Source of the DNA: a virus
Reading direction: 5' to 3' (one strand)
DNA length: 64,000 nt
IMG/VR virus record: IMGVR_UViG_3300001598_000005
Location: 361-64,360 of that record
Position numbers and translations under genes: made by a program. A model generated the notes under the pieces. The model saw only the letters and a program-made list of their open reading frames with translations. It was not told the origin of the DNA and did no database searches. Below, piece after piece: positions 19,116 to 29,747 of this stretch (the first letter of the stretch is position 1; each line of letters opens with the position of its first letter).

Positions 19116-19727
19116 CTAACGTACTTTATTCTGAAGCTTCAGCTCGTATTCTATCGTAAGTCTCGACAAGCTTTCTCCGTCTTTCAAGTGTGTAATAAGG
19201 CCTACCCTGAAGTATCTGTATGGTGTACCATGCTTGCTTACAATACGTGGTCCTTTTGATGATGCTATAGTAAACCAGTTGTACATATCTCTCGATCCAT
19301 ACAGGATCATATCGACAGGATAGCCATCTGATCCGTCGTTGTTAGTTCGCCTGCTTGGAGAGAAATTACCCCTTGCGACCACAGTACGTATCGTCTTCAA
19401 TGAGTCAGGCTCATCGAGCTTTATCGGACGAGTAAGTATATATCCATCGTATGGCATACCGATGCTTTCTGATGATCCATCAATGGTAAAGTCGATAAGC
19501 AGGTTGTCATCTTGCATGGTTGCCATTGCATATGCCTGAGGATATGAGTTGATCGCAGACAGTACATTGACATCCATCGTTGTCCACACCTTGTCCTTCA
19601 TGTTGAAGACAAAGCAAACATCATATTCCGGATTGCTTACTATGATACGCTGATGAGTATAGTCGTAATGCATATGTCCGGTCTTGATAAAATCCTTGAA
19701 TGATGGGAATAGATCAATATTTTCCAT
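19116..19727 (-). CDS. Tail nozzle/stabilization protein, C-terminal part
   Basis: YDYTHQRIIV, LTRPIKL, LYGSRD, GTPYRYFR. Confidence 0.65.
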   Translation of the reverse strand: MENIDLFPSFKDFIKTGHMHYDYTHQRIIVSNPEYDVCFVFNMKDKVWTTMDVNVLSAINSYPQAYAMATMQDDNLLIDFTIDGSSESIGMPYDGYILTRPIKLDEPDSLKTIRTVVARGNFSPSRRTNNDGSDGYPVDMILYGSRDMYNWFTIASSKGPRIVSKHGTPYRYFRVGLITHLKDGESLSRLTIEYELKLQNKVR

Positions 19728-19729
19728 TG

Positions 19730-22405
19730 TTATTCTGATTTTTCAATATACACAGGGGTATTTGCTGTACTTGTCATATCTCCAATAGATACAACGACGA
19801 AAACAGTTGCTGACTTGCGTTCTGTGCTTGTATTTTCTTTTGCAGTAACGATACCTGTATTTCCGTCAATTGAGAATAATGATGACGTGTCAGAAATCAT
19901 ATATTCGACATTTGCACCAGTAGTACATTCCTTTACTGTGCCATCTTCGTATACTGCATTGTATTTGTATTTTAACGTAGGAGAAAGCTGTCCGCCTGAA
20001 GATGGTATTACAGATGTTCCGCCACCTCTATACGACAGAGTCACTGTTGGAATGGTATAAGATATTATGCCTGGTTCTTTTTTGCCTGCTGTAAAGATAT
20101 CTGTGTGCTTTGTCAACAAAGCTTGCACATGCTCCTTGTAAAGATCGACAAACATATCACTTGTTCCATCAAAGATCTCGCTTATGCATGTCACCTGTGA
20201 TCCGCTGATCTCCATTAGACCACGGGCTGTTGCAAAGATGACAGATTGGTTGAGCTGCAGGATGGCGTCTGCGCTAAGTGCTACGTCGCGGCTGATCGGC
20301 TGCTTCGATGCCCATCCTCCTGTATTGTTAGGATATAGTGCCCACACTCCATCTTCGCTGAATGCATACATAGGGTATTCACCGAACTGGCCCTGTGAGA
20401 GTGCTTGCACGGCAGGAACCATGGCGATCAGGTTTGCGCTGATAGACTCTACGTTCTCGCTTCGGAATGACCATGGATTATCAACGTCTGAAGTATATAT
20501 TGTGTTAAGTTCGTACACTACATTATCGTCAGTAGGCAAAAGCTGTGGAGAAACGCTGCTTCCTATGATATCCTCCTGTATGCTTTCGAATCCTTCAAAA
20601 GCTACCGAAGCATTCAGTCCGTTATGCTCTTTCAGCGTAATGTTGGATGATCTCTTGTCAGTATATTTGCTGTAACATACCTGTAGCATCTTTGCAGATG
20701 GATTAGGATAGCAGATATATGGTATATAATAATTCTCGATCGTAGGCGTCTTTTCTGATTCGCTTGTCAGTACAATGCTCTTTCCGTTCTCCACGATCTT
20801 GATGTTAGTATCTGGATATGCCCAATAAGGATCTATCGGATCCTGATATGTAACCATATATTTTATCGAAGGTGCATATTTTAGCTCCCTGAAAACGCCA
20901 GAATAATTGATCCTGTTGTTGTATTCCTTTGTCTCCTTTGGGATAATATTCTCGTGGGAATAGTATTCTCCTGTCATAGCCTCTTTTGTAGACAGGTTGT
21001 TAAGTGCTCCTTCAAGATCAATCTCTTCTCTCTCCTCAGTCTGTAGTTTGTCAATTGGTATTGACTTGACAAAATAGAATGTGCTGCATTCGCGTATTTC
21101 GTTGCTTATATACTCTTTAGATTTCAAAGGAAGGGCAAATTCAATACATGGTGGAGGAAGTAGAGCAGTTCCTTCCTCTGTTGGAGTATAAAATCTATTT
21201 CCATTCCATAAGATTCTTCTTGCATCTACATTAAAATGAGATGTATCGTATATCGATTTCTTCTTGTATATATCATATTGTGACGAATCTTTCATTGTAT
21301 CTTCGTCAAAGTATGATTTAGATACCGTATAATTCTTCTTTTGCTTTAGATAAGCAAATTCGTAGTTTATATCATCCATGTACGTTTCTCCATAAATCTG
21401 AATTACATCGTCTCCGTTTATGCGAAATCCCTTGATTTCACCGTCCTGTTCGTATGGGTAGAATGGATTAGATACAAAGATGTCAACGCTCTTTATGATA
21501 TCCGACCAATTTGAAAGGTTTTGACTTACTTTTGCTTGGTAGTCCAATGAATAAGATTGAGCTTCGAGATAGTATTTGAACTTTTGAGGCTTATCTCTTG
21601 TTTCGAACCAGTATATATAATCAACAGCAGCCACCGGTGAGCAACCTGTATTTGTAACCATCAAAACAGGGCATGAATGCATCGTCAATGTGTTGTCGTA
21701 TAACCTGTATGCATACCTAATGATAAATGGATGTACAAAACGGCCCTTCTTCGTTTCATCATTGATATATTCAGCAATACGAGCCATCACGGAGTCGGTT
21801 ATTGATTTTCTGTTAGAGAAAGACTTATCTAACGTAGCTTCATCTTCTAACTCTGCTGTAGTGAAAAAGTCTATATCGTAAAAGCTTAAAAAGCCTTTTT
21901 CGTAGTCTTTTGTGTTTCTGTTTATTCTGCTATGCTGTATGAGGCCAAAAGAAAGATATACTTCAGGAAGGTGATCTCCAAGCTCTTTATATTTCCATTC
22001 TGTCCACAGACAATAGAACACTGAGCCAGTCGAATGGAAAACAAGAGAGTTTCCGACAGCAGATATCTTGTAATCCGTTTCTGGATCTAAGTTCTCTTTT
22101 GTAAAATTTCCTGTATATCCAGTTTCAGTGTTTACCTTACCATCGGTAAGTGACACCCAATAATAAGATCCATCCTCACCACTTCGGCAGATCAGATGGT
22201 TGTATTCCTGGTTCTTGTGCTGGAACAATACTGTGTCTTTGCCAAAGTTGTGCATAACCAATGGAGCAGAGCTGCTTGATGATATAACGGATCCATCATT
22301 GTGCAGTACGTTAAGTGCTGCCGACAGATGACCGTCCTGCACCTCATAGTCCGATGGAGACGTGCTGAGGCCAAGGAGTGATATTTCGTTTATCTTTGTA
22401 GGCAT
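19730..22405 (-). CDS. Tail nozzle/stabilization protein (P22 gp10-like), N-terminal part with appended Ig-like domain
   Basis: PSDYEVQDG, PFIIRYAYRLYD, ALSQGQFGEYPMYAFSEDGVWAL. Confidence 0.7.
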   Translation of the reverse strand: MPTKINEISLLGLSTSPSDYEVQDGHLSAALNVLHNDGSVISSSSSAPLVMHNFGKDTVLFQHKNQEYNHLICRSGEDGSYYWVSLTDGKVNTETGYTGNFTKENLDPETDYKISAVGNSLVFHSTGSVFYCLWTEWKYKELGDHLPEVYLSFGLIQHSRINRNTKDYEKGFLSFYDIDFFTTAELEDEATLDKSFSNRKSITDSVMARIAEYINDETKKGRFVHPFIIRYAYRLYDNTLTMHSCPVLMVTNTGCSPVAAVDYIYWFETRDKPQKFKYYLEAQSYSLDYQAKVSQNLSNWSDIIKSVDIFVSNPFYPYEQDGEIKGFRINGDDVIQIYGETYMDDINYEFAYLKQKKNYTVSKSYFDEDTMKDSSQYDIYKKKSIYDTSHFNVDARRILWNGNRFYTPTEEGTALLPPPCIEFALPLKSKEYISNEIRECSTFYFVKSIPIDKLQTEEREEIDLEGALNNLSTKEAMTGEYYSHENIIPKETKEYNNRINYSGVFRELKYAPSIKYMVTYQDPIDPYWAYPDTNIKIVENGKSIVLTSESEKTPTIENYYIPYICYPNPSAKMLQVCYSKYTDKRSSNITLKEHNGLNASVAFEGFESIQEDIIGSSVSPQLLPTDDNVVYELNTIYTSDVDNPWSFRSENVESISANLIAMVPAVQALSQGQFGEYPMYAFSEDGVWALYPNNTGGWASKQPISRDVALSADAILQLNQSVIFATARGLMEISGSQVTCISEIFDGTSDMFVDLYKEHVQALLTKHTDIFTAGKKEPGIISYTIPTVTLSYRGGGTSVIPSSGGQLSPTLKYKYNAVYEDGTVKECTTGANVEYMISDTSSLFSIDGNTGIVTAKENTSTERKSATVFVVVSIGDMTSTANTPVYIEKSE

Positions 22406-22406
22406 G

Positions 22407-22844
22407 TTATTTTTCGTTAAGTTCTACTTCTGTGAATTTCTTAGTAAGCGCATCTTCGAGTGGTGGCTTGCGTTTAGGGCATGAGTATACATCGCATCTT
22501 GAAGAGTGGTATAATCCTGCATACATGGCGCATTTTGCGTCGTTTTCGAGTGAGCTCTCGAGTTTCTTGCGTAGGTCTGCAATCTCTTCATCGTGCTTGT
22601 TCTGCATCTCGTGTTTCCCTTCCCACATTCTTTCTATCTTCTCGTTGAGGCGTTTGCATTCCTGGTTACGTTCGTCTACGAGTTTTCTCCATTCGTCGTT
22701 TGACGTTGATTCGTTCCTGATCTGCTGAGCCATATTCTCGAGTTCTCTTTTCTGTTTCTCCTGCCTACGATACATGAAGATACTTGCCAATGATACAATA
22801 GCCGCTACTATGTAGCCAAGCCATGAGCTGATGATGATGTCCAT
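22407..22844 (-). CDS. Holin-like membrane-anchored coiled-coil protein
   Basis: One N-terminal TM helix, coiled coil, C..C..R.PP tail. Confidence 0.5.
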   Translation of the reverse strand: MDIIISSWLGYIVAAIVSLASIFMYRRQEKQKRELENMAQQIRNESTSNDEWRKLVDERNQECKRLNEKIERMWEGKHEMQNKHDEEIADLRKKLESSLENDAKCAMYAGLYHSSRCDVYSCPKRKPPLEDALTKKFTEVELNEK

Positions 22845-22869
22845 TTCTTTTTATATTAAAAATTTGTCG

Positions 22870-22913
22870 CAAAAATATCCATTAGATATTGCATCTTAAT
22901 GTTATTTGTTCAC
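22870..22913 (-). promoter_or_regulatory. Putative late promoter, leftward
   Basis: Reverse complement reads GTGAACAAATAA-N24-TATTTTTG. Confidence 0.75.
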
Positions 22914-22926
22914 TCAGCAAAATGGT

Positions 22927-22970
22927 GTGAACAAATAAAGGGATAATGGTTACCGTGTTTTTTATTTTTG
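22927..22970 (+). promoter_or_regulatory. Putative late promoter, rightward (portal)
   Basis: GTGAACAAATAA-N24-TATTTTTG. Confidence 0.75.
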
Positions 22971-22993
22971 CGCAAAAACATAAAAGAAAGAAT

Positions 22994-25030
22994 ATGGCAG
23001 ACAAGATATCTACAAGGGCATTCCGCAGGCTTAGCCGCGTGACTCAGCAGTCAACGATAGGTGGGGCAGGAGTGCTCGACAGCGTGCAGTCGCAGATGTC
23101 ACTGTACGAGACAGATCATCGTTTCATGCCGCTGCTGATGGCCGCAGAGCATGATTGGCAGATGATGCGCAAATTCCGCAACGAGCGAGAGCGTAATAAG
23201 CGTATGTATTTTGGTGATCAGTGGTCGGATATCGTGCATGTAGGAAACAAGACGATGAGGATGGACGAATATCTCAAGCAGCAGGGATCCATACCTCTAA
23301 AGACAAACCTTATTCGTAGGCTCGGCAACTCAGTGCTCGGTGTACAGATCGGACAGCACCTGGAACCTACATGCATTGCACGAGATAGAGACGAGCAGCG
23401 TCTTGGAGAGATGATGACAACGGCACTTGAGTATGTGCGTACCAACAATGACATGGAGCTGCTTGAGATGGAGCAGTTTCAGGAGTTCCTGATCGGTGGA
23501 CTTGCCTTGGAACGCAAGCGTTTCGGGTGGAAGGATGGAGAGTACGACGTATGGACAGAGGCGTGTGACCAGCGTTATTTCTTCTGCGACTCGAACATGA
23601 AGGATCCTCGTCATCGTGATGTGCGTAGGCTTGGATATATGCATGACTTCACTTGGGGTGAGCTTGTGCATGAGTTCGCATTCGGCAAGGATGGCCGTAA
23701 GATGATCAACAGGCTACAGAAGATCTATGAGGTGGCACTGAACCGTGAGCTTATCTTCCAATGCTGTGAGGAGTTCGGTCACAAGCGGTTGTCAAGCATC
23801 AATTTCCTGGTACCTAACGATCCTTCACTCTACCGTGTCATCGAGGTGTGGACAAGAGAGACAAAGGAAAGGTATCGTTGTCATGATGATGCTACTGGCG
23901 AAACATATCGCATCAACAAGGAAGATCTGTGGGAGATAGATGAGGAGAATGCAAATAGGATCAGCATGGCACGAGCTGAGGGCATACCTGAAGATGATGT
24001 GGCATTGATCGAAGCAGAGTGGTTTGTAGATGACTATTGGTATTGCCGGTGGCTGGCTCCCACAGGAGAGGTTCTTAAGGAGTACGAATCTCCGTTTGAC
24101 CACAAAGAGCATCCGTATGTATTCATCTTCTATCCTTTTGTCGATGGCGAGACACACAGCTTCATATCAGATGTGGTGGATCAGCAGATCTACGTAAACC
24201 GACTGATCACAATGCAGGATTTCATCATGCGTGCATCGGCAAAGGGTGTTCTGCTTGTTCCTGAGGAGTGCATACCTGACAATATGGATGTCAATGATTT
24301 CGCAGATGCATGGACAAAGTTCAATGGCGTTCTGCTCATCAGTCAGCGTGCCGGCAACAAGCTGCCAACACAGGTATCGCAGAATGCAACGAATATAGGC
24401 ATAGGAGAGCTGCTTAACCTGCAGCTTAAGTTCTTTGAGGACATCTCAGGCGTACATGGAGCGTTGCAGGGACAGACTCCAACGAGTGGCACATCAGGCA
24501 GACTGTACGAACAGCAGATGGCCAATGGTGCTACTGCATTGCTTCCTATCCTGCAAGCATTCACATGGTTCATAAAAGAGGGATCGAGAAAGGATGTAAG
24601 CAACATACAGCAGTGTTACGACGATAATCGAATGATAAACATCGGCGGAAAGTCTGTATACTATGAGGCTTGGAAGATGCAGGATCTTAAGTTCGATCTT
24701 AAGATAGGCGAATCACAGAATACTACTGTTTACAGACAGATGGCCGACGAGATGCTACAGATGCTGTTCGAGAAGGGTGTCATCACAGTTCAGGAGCTGC
24801 TCAAGCATTGCTCTTATCCTATGGCAGACGCCTTGCTTCAGGATGTTGACTCTCGCATGCAGCAACAGCAGGAAGCACAGCAGATGGCCGGTGCTTCAGG
24901 TGGAGGCATGAATGGGGTTCCTGTAGACGTCAATCCGCAGCTCTTGCAGGCTGCTCAGGCTGAGGCCAGGCAGAACGCAGACATGAATGCAGTAGAAATG
25001 GCCAAGAGGACAATGCAAAATATAGCCTAA
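22994..25030 (+). CDS. Portal protein (P22-like)
   Basis: YFGDQW, PLKTNLI, PYVF..YPFVDGE, DQQIYVNRL, ISGVHGALQG; Gln-rich tail. Confidence 0.85.
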   Translation: MADKISTRAFRRLSRVTQQSTIGGAGVLDSVQSQMSLYETDHRFMPLLMAAEHDWQMMRKFRNERERNKRMYFGDQWSDIVHVGNKTMRMDEYLKQQGSIPLKTNLIRRLGNSVLGVQIGQHLEPTCIARDRDEQRLGEMMTTALEYVRTNNDMELLEMEQFQEFLIGGLALERKRFGWKDGEYDVWTEACDQRYFFCDSNMKDPRHRDVRRLGYMHDFTWGELVHEFAFGKDGRKMINRLQKIYEVALNRELIFQCCEEFGHKRLSSINFLVPNDPSLYRVIEVWTRETKERYRCHDDATGETYRINKEDLWEIDEENANRISMARAEGIPEDDVALIEAEWFVDDYWYCRWLAPTGEVLKEYESPFDHKEHPYVFIFYPFVDGETHSFISDVVDQQIYVNRLITMQDFIMRASAKGVLLVPEECIPDNMDVNDFADAWTKFNGVLLISQRAGNKLPTQVSQNATNIGIGELLNLQLKFFEDISGVHGALQGQTPTSGTSGRLYEQQMANGATALLPILQAFTWFIKEGSRKDVSNIQQCYDDNRMINIGGKSVYYEAWKMQDLKFDLKIGESQNTTVYRQMADEMLQMLFEKGVITVQELLKHCSYPMADALLQDVDSRMQQQQEAQQMAGASGGGMNGVPVDVNPQLLQAAQAEARQNADMNAVEMAKRTMQNIA

Positions 25031-25070
25031 GATTTGTTGTTTTTATGTGTGTGGTAATAATAATAGGTTA

Positions 25071-25110
25071 GAAGAATGCAGCCCGTCGTGAGACGAGCTG
25101 CATTCTTTTT
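25071..25110. terminator. Bidirectional terminator between convergent genes
   Basis: AAGAATGCAGC.CGTC-GTGA-GACG.GCTGCATTCTT followed by a T-run. Confidence 0.75.
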
Positions 25111-25447
25111 ATTCACAGTACCATTTATAGAAGAATCTCTTTCGCTGATCGTATACCGATGGTGGAATTGAGTGACGCCATGCTCGTTTAGACTTTCGGC
25201 TTGACGTGTAGTATATTGCCTGATTCATGAGCGTTGCAGGATGCTTATAGTCTGGACGTATCACTCGAGTAAATCTAATGCCCTGGTTGTGCGTCTCTTC
25301 TATCGACGATGTAACGATCAGCTTTTTGCTCGTAGAGCTTGGTATTACATACTGTCTGTTGCCTGTCTTCAGGTATCTCGCATTTGCTTCGATGATGGCC
25401 TGCCTGAGAACAAGGCATGCTTTTAGTTTTCTTAGGATCTTGAACAT
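25109..25447 (-). CDS. Basic hypothetical protein
   Basis: 112 aa directly downstream of terL. Confidence 0.6.
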   Translation of the reverse strand: MFKILRKLKACLVLRQAIIEANARYLKTGNRQYVIPSSTSKKLIVTSSIEETHNQGIRFTRVIRPDYKHPATLMNQAIYYTSSRKSKRAWRHSIPPSVYDQRKRFFYKWYCE

Positions 25448-25458
25448 ATGATAATAAG

Positions 25459-27759
25459 TTAAAGTGTTGCTTCATTCATCTCCGATGCCTTGATGCTGCT
25501 TCCGGTATACATAGATTGCGCATCGATGATCTTTGGCAGAGGCATTTCGTTGAAACAGATATGCAGCGTGAATGCTCTTGTCATCAGTAAGTCATCGTGA
25601 TGTCCTTCTGCTGCTGCAAACGATCCGTTTTTTGCACGTTGGTAGGTGTTGTATTCCTCCAACACACGAATGTCTCTTTCTACATACAGCTGCTCTCTTA
25701 CGTATACGACGAGACCGGAAATGATCAGTGGCTTTGTAAGCGTGTTTGTATGGAAACCATATCTTACTGCCTGATCTCTGTTGTTCACCTCCTGATCAGT
25801 CTGTCTTCTTGCATACAGGTTGTTGTAGCATCGCTTAAGCACATTGAGTATATATGCCGACTGATCGCCATCGAGCCCGTTGTCTGAGCTGTGTGTCTCG
25901 AGAGTGTTGCTTTCGATCACCAACAGTGCATTATCGTAAAACATGGCAATCTGTGCTGCTTTCCACGCCAGAAGATCGTGATCTATATGGCCACGCCATT
26001 GTGCTACGACTTCAGGGCGTCCTCCGTCGATCATGTTAAGCCTGTCGATGACAACAATAACAGACCAGTCGGCCTTATTGCTACGTCCTCCGATATCCAC
26101 ACCAACGACATAACGATCTGTAACCTTGAAATCGCGTGCAGATCGAGGATCTTCCCAACTGAGAGGGAACTCCCATATCCACAACTCACCCTGGTGATCC
26201 TCGACGAACTTCAGATTCTTAAGGCATGCTGCATTGCGATCTGTCTCACGAAGATCCGGAAGAGCTTCTCCGTATATGTCACCGACAACCTGTGGTGGCC
26301 GGCATGCAGGCCTGAACTTATCTACGTGGTATTGGTCGAATACATTGGCTCCACTGTTGACAAAAGCCTCAATATCGTCACTCGGATACTCCGCTGCCAT
26401 GCTGTCATGGCCTGACGGAAATTCTGTTCGTTTTAGTATGTACCACAGAATACCTTCGAGTGTTGCTCCCGATTGCCATAGCTTCCACAGATAGATGCCA
26501 GGCTCATGCAGGTTGTCTGATACGCTTCTGTTCTCTCGGTTGTCATACAGCCACTGTGCGAATTCGATCATGGTAGATGGGCATCCTGCGGCCTTGAATA
26601 GCTCAACCTGAGCAGGAAGCATCACTGGTTTCTTCGCTTTTGTGCTGAGGCGAGACTTCGATTTCTGTCTTGTGCTCTTTGCAGGCATGTCAAAGAACTG
26701 CTGCTGATATCTCTCGATGTGAAACCATGGGATGAACAATGACCTGAATACAGACTTGCCTGCCTTTGCAGCATGATAGATGTTATAGAAGAAATCGTTA
26801 ATGCCATTTGCCGTACTCTCGTACACAATCAACGTGTTGGGTTTTGTCTGTACGGAACCAGAGATGTCGCGCACCATCTTTTCTGGAGAATTGTTTGGCG
26901 TATTTGGCCAGAATGCCACCTCAGAACAGTGTACAAGTGCAAAGTTTGATCCTCGAAGAGAGTCTGGCTCCTGAGCTGTTCCAATCTGTATAGAGCAGGA
27001 TCGTGCCGGTATGAGATGTATGTTGTGCGAATGGCGGTCACCTCTCATCTTTGGCTGCTTTTGGTCGAATGGCTCGCCTGGGGTATGCAGCATCTCTGCC
27101 GGAAGGTTGTCCATTGCTCTGACATACATTGCCTCAATGACTGAAGCTGTCTGCTTGACCTGTGCTGCAATAAGTACGTTGAGGCCAAAGTTTACGATGT
27201 TCTGGAGCCATGACATATATAGCTGTACTGCTGTCGATCCACCGAACTGTCGCGCCTTTAAAAACACGAGTCGAATCGGAAGATCCGCAAGTCTCATCTG
27301 CTCGAGCTCCCATATAAGCTCTCGCTGAGGAAAGGTAAGTACAAAACGAATATATGGTCCACCGTCCTTATTCTCGATGAATATATAGCTTGCAGCGTAA
27401 TATGCAAAATCATACCTGCATCTTACATAGTCGAACAGACGCTGCACGAAGAGGCAGTTTTCGTCAAAATCAAGATTCGATGTATCTACACCTGTTTTCT
27501 CCATTCGCTGCCATTCTTTCTTTACATACAACTCAACGGAGTGACATCTTATGAGCTGCTTTGCCCATGCATCCTTCATCATTGCATCCGGAAGCCAGAG
27601 ATCTTCGATGGGTAGTCCATTGATCCTGACATGATGCCTTGGACCAATGCTTCCACGTCCGCTGTATGGGTTATACGGAGCCTTGATTACCGATTGGCGT
27701 CTGTCGTTCTCTTTAACTATCGTCTCTGCTATCGTCATGAATATGGCATTGATCGTCAA
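25459..27759 (-). CDS. terL: Terminase large subunit
   Basis: LKARQFGGST Walker A, HCSEVAFW, YESTANG, VDIGGRS..DWS, HDDLLM. Confidence 0.93.
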   Translation of the reverse strand: MTINAIFMTIAETIVKENDRRQSVIKAPYNPYSGRGSIGPRHHVRINGLPIEDLWLPDAMMKDAWAKQLIRCHSVELYVKKEWQRMEKTGVDTSNLDFDENCLFVQRLFDYVRCRYDFAYYAASYIFIENKDGGPYIRFVLTFPQRELIWELEQMRLADLPIRLVFLKARQFGGSTAVQLYMSWLQNIVNFGLNVLIAAQVKQTASVIEAMYVRAMDNLPAEMLHTPGEPFDQKQPKMRGDRHSHNIHLIPARSCSIQIGTAQEPDSLRGSNFALVHCSEVAFWPNTPNNSPEKMVRDISGSVQTKPNTLIVYESTANGINDFFYNIYHAAKAGKSVFRSLFIPWFHIERYQQQFFDMPAKSTRQKSKSRLSTKAKKPVMLPAQVELFKAAGCPSTMIEFAQWLYDNRENRSVSDNLHEPGIYLWKLWQSGATLEGILWYILKRTEFPSGHDSMAAEYPSDDIEAFVNSGANVFDQYHVDKFRPACRPPQVVGDIYGEALPDLRETDRNAACLKNLKFVEDHQGELWIWEFPLSWEDPRSARDFKVTDRYVVGVDIGGRSNKADWSVIVVIDRLNMIDGGRPEVVAQWRGHIDHDLLAWKAAQIAMFYDNALLVIESNTLETHSSDNGLDGDQSAYILNVLKRCYNNLYARRQTDQEVNNRDQAVRYGFHTNTLTKPLIISGLVVYVREQLYVERDIRVLEEYNTYQRAKNGSFAAAEGHHDDLLMTRAFTLHICFNEMPLPKIIDAQSMYTGSSIKASEMNEATL

Positions 27760-28225
27760 CAGTGAATATAGGAGTCATAAGAAGTGCTGAGGCCAAAGCT
27801 GATGCGAAACAGCATAAATGGAAAGAAACTGATACGCTGCCCAATATTAGCTGAAATAGAGTCATGACAGCGAAGATGATCAGGAAATATCTCTTGTTCG
27901 ATGAATATATGAAGATAAATCCAGAAAGAGCGTAAAGCATTCCGCTGATTCCGACTATTGGCAAGTGCGATATAGATGGCATTGTCACAGCTATGACAAA
28001 TGATGTTATCCACATTCCAGGCGTCAAAGTCTTTCCTCTGAATGCAAAATCGGCAAGATACCATACATTGCAAGCAAGATGCAGGAAAGATCCGTGTACG
28101 AACAAGTATGTTATATGGTGTATAAGATTCGGATCGTTACGGATCAATCCGTATTCTGACGGATCTTCTACAATGATCCAAGCAAGCACAAGTATGATAA
28201 TTGCTATAATAGACAAGTCTTTCAT
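27713..28225 (-). CDS. Rhomboid-family intramembrane serine protease
   Basis: YLFVHGSFLHLACN, catalytic GISG and a distal His (SFHLCCF); about 6 TM segments. Confidence 0.8.
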   Translation of the reverse strand: MKDLSIIAIIILVLAWIIVEDPSEYGLIRNDPNLIHHITYLFVHGSFLHLACNVWYLADFAFRGKTLTPGMWITSFVIAVTMPSISHLPIVGISGMLYALSGFIFIYSSNKRYFLIIFAVMTLFQLILGSVSVSFHLCCFASALASALLMTPIFTVDDQCHIHDDSRDDS

Positions 28226-28713
28226 TTGTTTCTTTTGTTAATGAATGATGCATGATGACGTAGCTTTTCCATGATCGAGTTGCATCTTCGTTGTTGTAGT
28301 ATGAATTTCTTGGCACTGTAAGGTGTAAGGTAGAATCTTTTGGCAGGATGCGAACATGCCCTGCATATCTGGTCGAAGTACGTTATGTTTGGATATTCCT
28401 GCCTTATCATGCAGAATACATCATACAGATCGCGTACCATCTCCTTATACACAGTCCTCGATTTTGACTTGCACCTGTAGTTGCTGTGACCACGAACGAT
28501 ATCGTCTATGCTCTTGCCTCTCTCTATGAGGTTTATTAGGTCACGTGCTCTTTCCTCACTGATCCAGAACCTGGAACATGGCATATCTACTACGAGCTGA
28601 TAGATGTCGTTTTTCCGTACAATCTTTGCTTCAGACAGCAACTTAAGATATGCTGAGTAAAGTTCCTTGTTCCGCTGATTTGAATAAATAAATTTTGAAC
28701 CAATATGCCTCAT
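28222..28713 (-). CDS. Basic helical protein; candidate late-gene transcription regulator
   Basis: ATG 28713; PCSRFWISEERA and PAKRFYLTP repeats; regulatory role inferred from position only. Confidence 0.5.
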   Translation of the reverse strand: MRHIGSKFIYSNQRNKELYSAYLKLLSEAKIVRKNDIYQLVVDMPCSRFWISEERARDLINLIERGKSIDDIVRGHSNYRCKSKSRTVYKEMVRDLYDVFCMIRQEYPNITYFDQICRACSHPAKRFYLTPYSAKKFILQQRRCNSIMEKLRHHASFINKRNK

Positions 28714-28758
28714 TAGCAGGGTTATTGATATTAAGGGCGATACAAAGATAATGAAAAA

Positions 28759-28802
28759 GTGAACAAATAAGAAGAACAGGTGTTTGAAATGTTCTATTTT
28801 TG
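28759..28802 (+). promoter_or_regulatory. Putative late promoter (scaffold/capsid)
   Basis: GTGAACAAATAA-N24-TATTTTTG. Confidence 0.75.
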
Positions 28803-28831
28803 CGAAAAATTTATAAGAAATAGTATTTTTT

Positions 28832-29704
28832 ATGGCTGAAAATAAAAACAAAGAAATGGAAGATCAGCAGACACAATCTGTTGATACTGAAACTGCTGCC
28901 ATTCAAGATGCTCAATCACCTGTTGCTGCTGAGGCAGAGATGCCTGCCGGCCCTACGATGAGGCAGCGGCTCAGGGAGCGTTTTAAGAAGCGTTATAAGG
29001 AGGATGACTACGAGTCTGATGAGGATGGAGAGTTGCTTGGCGGAAGGATCATGAGCCAGCTTGATGAGAATGAAGCTGCTCTTGACAAGTATCGTGAGAA
29101 GGACAGCAAGCTGCGTGACATGTTTGTAGGCAATCCATCTACTGCGCGTTTCTTCACACGTTGGGGCGCAGGCGAGGATCCGCTGAATCTCTTTGCCGAG
29201 ATCTTCGGTGACAAGCTTCGTGAGACTCTTGACAGTCCTGATGCTGAGCAGAAGATGAAAAGCGGAATGCAGAAATACTTCGACAACATCAAGCGCAACA
29301 AAGATGCTGAGGAAGAGTTTCAGAACAACAGCGAACAGACCTTAGCCATGATCCAGGAGCGCACCGACAAAGGTGCAAGCTTTGATGAGATGAAGAGCGC
29401 AATTGATCTGCTTACAGGCATGGCTGTCGATCTCGTCGTAGGCAAGGTTACCCCTGAGACTCTCGACATCGTACTTAAGGCAGTAAATCATGACAAGAAC
29501 GTGACCAATGCACGTGAAGAGGGACTTGCAGCAGGACGAAACGAGCGTTATCAAGAAAAGATGAGGCAGAGGCAGAAGGGTGACGGGCAGCCTGCTGCCG
29601 CAAGCGGATCTACACAGCGTGCCAATCCAGACCGTCAGGTGTCTCGACCAGGCGAAGGTCGAAGAAGCGCATGGGATGCAGATGAGAAGCGCGTTACATG
29701 GTGA
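28832..29704 (+). CDS. Putative capsid scaffolding protein
   Basis: Charged helical 290-aa protein immediately upstream of the capsid gene. Confidence 0.6.
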   Translation: MAENKNKEMEDQQTQSVDTETAAIQDAQSPVAAEAEMPAGPTMRQRLRERFKKRYKEDDYESDEDGELLGGRIMSQLDENEAALDKYREKDSKLRDMFVGNPSTARFFTRWGAGEDPLNLFAEIFGDKLRETLDSPDAEQKMKSGMQKYFDNIKRNKDAEEEFQNNSEQTLAMIQERTDKGASFDEMKSAIDLLTGMAVDLVVGKVTPETLDIVLKAVNHDKNVTNAREEGLAAGRNERYQEKMRQRQKGDGQPAAASGSTQRANPDRQVSRPGEGRRSAWDADEKRVTW

Positions 29705-29747
29705 AAACTATAATCAAACATAATATTAACCAATCCAAACAAATTCA

